This document shows positions 59,697 through 64,000 of a stretch of 64,000 nt of DNA, in pieces. Location of the stretch: positions 253,735-317,734 of the forward strand of contig NW_003314327.1 in the NCBI RefSeq assembly GCF_000143415.4, written 5' to 3'. The notes below the pieces were generated by a model. That model did no database searches. It was not told the DNA's origin and was given only the letters and a program-made list of their open reading frames with translations. Source of the stretch: Selaginella moellendorffii (lineage: Eukaryota; Plantae; Lycopodiophyta). Each line of letters begins with the position of its first letter. The first letter of the stretch is position 1. The position numbers were made by a program, and so were the translations under genes.

Positions 59697-60205
59697 GATT
59701 TAGAATTACTTTACTATACTATAGTATTGTCACTATTAAAAGAAAAAATATAATAAAATGATATTAGTTGTAGGTAACATACCTTGTTCTAGAAGGTGTT
59801 ATCATATCATATACAATTGTTTACAAAATGTTGAAGGAAGAGATGGCAACACACAAACGCTACAAAGTGATAGTGATAGGTGAGAATGATAATCTATAAT
59901 TATGGTATCTGACACTGACACTGACATCTGACAATTTTACTGACATCTGACACTTTCACTGACATCTAACATATAACAAGCTTTCCATTTTATGTAAGGA
60001 TGCAATTAACTTTCATCATCAACATAATGATTTCTTTTATACTTCCTCCTATATTGGTATTGTGGGGAAGATTCACCTTGCATGTGTTGAGCCATGGCTT
60101 CTACATAGTCAGGGAGACTTCCAAAGCCTCCAATTCTAGAAACTCCAGGTGACTATGATCTATAAAATAGAATGAAATATATATTGAAATTTTAATAAAC
60201 ATAAT

Positions 60206-61070
60206 TTACCTCCTTGAAGTTGAAGGCAACTCATGAAATCCTCTGAGCCGGCGTTTGAAGAAATGATGTTCTTCAATAGCAAACACCGACCTACCAGAGT
60301 CACGTGCTGCCTCCACCATAGAACCGCTACCTACTGTGCAATCAATCACAATACCATCTGGTGGGCAATATAGCTCAAGCAAGACTTGCATTGTTGATGG
60401 AGTTCGGAATCGGTACCCTAGAAACGTGTTGCAGATTTGCTCATCCACAAGGTTGGGTATGATGTTAGTGGAACTGTCGTACCCAGGCAAAACACGTGCT
60501 GCACGTTCGCTATCACGAAACCCATCATGTGTGTTTCTGCAGAAGGCATGATAAGTCCACACCATAACCTGGAAAATAAAAATGTTTAGAAATTAGATAA
60601 AATATAAAATACATACTCACCTTTTCAGGCTTCCCTTGGACGCCCCTCGTATCAACGCCAATAGGATCCATGATGCACCCGGAAGAGAATGACTTGAAAT
60701 GAACTTCTGCTGCACACGTCATAAGCTCATACATCCAGTTGGGGTCGTTCGGTAGGATGAAGACGACATGGCCAGCTTCGAGCATAAGTACTTCGGACAA
60801 TAGGAATGCATCGCGCAAGTGGTCAGGTGTGAGAAAGTTCTAATCCTCAACTTTCCCATCGATATCTGAAAGACCATCTGGAAAGTGGAAGAGAATGAAG
60901 TCCGCAACTGGGAGCATGGGCCTTTGTATCTTTCGGCACCAATGGTTGAACTGGCGGCGTATATCCATGTTGATGTCGTTTTCCGTGAAAGATGTCAATA
61001 ATCTACTATAAGAGCCAATGAAGATACCCACATTGCCTCGTTGTGTTATTGGGGACACAAGATGGACCTA
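60206..61070 (-). pseudogene. Beta-class N4-cytosine/N6-adenine DNA methyltransferase-like domain; intron-containing, with an in-frame stop
   Basis: Motif IV-like strand DFILFHFPDG (60873-60902), then ...MQVLLELYCPPDGIVIDCTVGSGSMVEAARDSGRSVFAIE (motifs X-I-II); GT-AG intron 60569-60620; TAG at 60840-60842. Confidence 0.75.
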
Positions 61071-63224
61071 TAAAAGAGCTATGCCGTCATATGGCGTGTT
61101 ATCGATGAGAGTTCCTCCAACTCCTCTTCATAAGCATCTCATCGAGCTAGAATGAAATTACTACTAACAGCCATTGCTGCAAAAAACATGTATTACCACC
61201 TTTAGTTTGTAAAATTCACTTTTGCTTACCTCGAGGTCGACGTGATATTCTGTGAACCACTTGATCATCGTTATTTACTGGTAGAACTTGATCCGGATCT
61301 TGGTTGTTTGATGGTTGAATTGGAGCTTGTTCCTGACTGTCTGGTGGTGGAACACGAACTTGATCTGGAGCTTCCTCATCCTCGTCTCCATCATCACTTG
61401 CATTGCCATCATTGCTAGCATTGATAATTTCCTTGCGATCTAGTGTAAAGGTCTCCTTCCCTAGGAGCTCCAACTCCCAAGGGCATTCTATCTTCCGTGC
61501 CTTCGGAACTCTTGCAAACATTGTTGGATACATTCCTCCATCTCTTACACCCTTTGCAACAAGTCGAGTGCAAACTGGTGCTTCAAATGGCATGCCTCTA
61601 TATCGAAGATACCTGTAAACAATATATATTAAAAAACAGTCTTAGAAATCATATTATACCTATAAGCTGCATGTCGCATGAAATAAGGTTGACCATGTTG
61701 GCAATCATAAGTTGTTGTGCTTGTAGACTTCTCTGGCAGCCACCCCTCTTCGATCCCTTCCAATGACGTGTTGATGTAGGTGTCGAAAGACATGAATGTG
61801 CCATCTGGATCATCACCAATGTGTGGTGCCAAGAACTTCTCACCTTCACTTATAATTTGCGTGATATAGACAGCCCTTCTCATCATGTTCTCAAATAGTT
61901 CTGGCAGTCCTTTTTCTCTGTTCATCAAGCAGACATTGAGGAACTCTAGAGTCTCTATCTGTTGCTTATATGGAAGCTTCGATTTTGCGATATTGTAAAT
62001 CATGTCATCTGGAGTTTTGTTCACTGCAAAAGTAACATATGCATAATTAAGAAAAATGAAGTGTGATAAAAAACTTACATTCATGAGAAGAAATTTCAGC
62101 TATAGTCTCTAGCCACTCCTTCGGCCTGTGATTGTCTGCAATGCATACTAGTTTCTTCAACTTTGAGGACTTTGCATGCTGAATTTTGTGCTCAATTTGT
62201 ACAAACTTAGTTGAGAGCTCTTCCCGACTCTTCTCCGGATATGCAAGTTCGTAAGCATCTTGCTTGATCTTCACCAAAGGCTAAAAACCAAAACAATTAA
62301 AAGAGGCTTTTAAGACATACTTTACAGCACACAGCGAGCATAAAATTGATTGGGTTGTTGAACCAAGTTGTACCGTCATTTCGAGTGCGTGAGTGCCAAA
62401 CAAGTGTTGCGAGATCATCACCATAATGTTGGCAGATGTCATCCTCACTCAAGTCTGCCAAAAATCGAAATTGCTCGATGTCATGGACAAGATTTTGTTT
62501 TTGAACAGCGAATTGCCCAAGCCTACATTTAAACACAACAAAACAAGTTAAAGTGGAGTTAGAGGTAAAATTATAAAACTTACGCATTGATTTTTTGGCA
62601 GGCCAAGATAAGTCTGTTGACATCCAAAGGTCCCCTCGCGTAGACATGGCCGATTGGAACGTTGATATGGTAGACGGGATCATCGCGAAAATGATTGTCG
62701 ATACACTTCATCCAAGCTCCATATCGGTGGTTACCGTCAATAATTTGGAACATTGTCCCCGCAAGCTATCGAGTCTCAGGATGTCTGATAAGCATGTCAT
62801 CAAATTCTAAGGACTTCCTCCTCCAAATAGAATCCCAGCTATTCACAATCTCGGGTGTGACAGTAATGATCTCTGTTGTTCCTGGCTTGCAAAAAGAGAC
62901 TAGAAACATACCGATATTTGTTGCAAGGCCATTCTGTTTGAACAAGCTGTATATATCCGGGTTGACATACTTGGATGCTGTGCGGACAAGATTCGTCTGC
63001 TGCAAACGGCAAAAGGGGATTTTTCTGATCAAGTCACAAGGGCCTGGCCACTTGAGCGCCTCAAGTGTTTGGTGAACTGCTTTTTCCCTTGTCCACATAA
63101 CAGTCTCTTGGAAGCGCTTGTCCACCACGTTGTCAGGAAGGTCTGCAACTCTTTCAGCTCCAGGCTGTTCCTCAGGTTCCCTATCGTGAACACCACTAGA
63201 TTGCCCAATTTCAGGGATTTGCGT

Positions 63225-63445
63225 TGGTGGTGGTGGCGGGGGCAGAGGCAATAGTGGCAGTGGTGGTGGCAATGGTGGTGGTGGCGGTGGCGGCAGGGGC
63301 AGAGGCAATAGTGGTAGTGGTGGTGGCAATGGTGGTGGTGGCGGTGGCGATGGAGGTGGTGGAGGTGGTGATGGAGGTGGTGGAGGTGGCGATGGCGGTG
63401 GTGGAGGTGGTGATGGTGGAGGTGATGGTGGTGGAGGTGGTGAAT
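63225..63445 (-). repeat. (CCA/CCN)n-rich coding repeat encoding SPPPPPP/LPPP units
   Basis: ggtggtgg... tandem array within the coding exon. Confidence 0.9.
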
Positions 63446-63655
63446 CTCTAACTAAATGTGTCTCTGTTGTGCCAATGGACATGTCGATTGTGATGTCGTC
63501 GTCAGTGCCAAATTGAACTTCTCGTGTCTTCTTGGCTCCAACAACCTTTTTATGTGTTACAATTTTCCTTTTCTGCAAGAGAAAAAGTTTTGTTAGTCAA
63601 ACTAAATAAAGATAATGAGAAATTCAAATAGTCAAAGAGAAAAAAAAAATCAAGT

Positions 63656-63818
63656 GGGCCTAGACTCCACCTCGGGCACTTTGGCTACCCAGGGGGCCGA
63701 GGTTATTCAAATAACCTCGGCCCCTCCGACCCCTAAAGTGCCCGAGGTCGAGGTTATGCGAACCACCTCAGGCACTTCAGTGGCCCGGCAGGGCAAAACT
63801 GCCCGAGGTGGCCGGCCC
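63656..63818. mobile_element. Small GC-rich inverted-repeat (MITE-like) element in intron 1
   Basis: Left end GGGCC..CCACCTCGGGCACTTTGGC pairs with right end GCAAAACTGCCCGAGGTGGCCGGCCC; internal CCTCGG/CCGAGG repeats. Confidence 0.55.
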
Positions 63819-64000
63819 GAGCTTGATCTCGGCCAGCAAAGAAGCAATCAAGGAAAAAAAAGGGAAGCAATGGAATGGAAGCAATGGACTCAAAAAATGG
63901 AAGTGGAAGCAATCAAATCGAAACTCACCCTTGGTGGCATCTTTCCTCCCTTGATTTCTTGATCGTGCTAGATTTCTTGTGCGCTCAATCTCTCCCGCTC

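Larger units (their letters stand above)
61216..63940 (-). pseudogene. Multi-exon gene with NLS, Pro-rich region and ParB/Srx-like domain; possibly fused to the downstream MTase-like domain
   Basis: Exon 1 MPPR (63940-63929) splices in frame to KRKIV... at 63572; poly-Pro; FQIIDGNHRYGAW (DGNHR at 62724-62738); further in-frame GT-AG exons; in-frame TAG at 62766-62768. Confidence 0.7.

Noticed and set aside
60206-61070. Bacterial contamination as the source of the MTase-like sequence
   Set aside because: It contains canonical short GT-AG introns like the host genes and is contiguous with plant sequence.
62766-63578. Extensin-like cell-wall protein (SPPPP repeats)
   Set aside because: No signal peptide or Tyr motifs; the frame has an NLS-like start and continues into the DGNHR domain.

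Overview
Gene-dense nuclear DNA from a compact-genome plant. Short (~50-70 nt) introns, tiny intergenic spacers and land-plant gene families suggest a lycophyte such as Selaginella; this is an inference. Conserved genes in order: 3' part of an SP1/MUL1-type RING E3 ligase, U-box/ARM E3, HY5-like bZIP, O-fucosyltransferase-family glycosyltransferase, BLISTER-like, CDC20, mitochondrial formate dehydrogenase, three apparently intact half-size ABCA transporters (two ABCA7-type, one ABCA2-type), intronless GDSL lipase, organellar TrpRS, MAF1 and a 2OG-Fe(II) dioxygenase. Between them lie heavily deleted pseudogenes, chimeric gene fragments, a copia relic, two locally duplicated families of unknown function, and AT-rich TE-like tracts. 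The most notable element is at 60.2-63.9 kb on the minus strand: a spliced, now stop-disabled gene (or gene pair). It joins an NLS and Pro-rich N-terminus, a ParB/Srx-like DGNHR domain and a bacterial-type beta-class N4-cytosine/N6-adenine DNA methyltransferase-like domain, inside TE-like sequence. All gene models were spliced by eye and family calls come from remembered motifs, not database searches.
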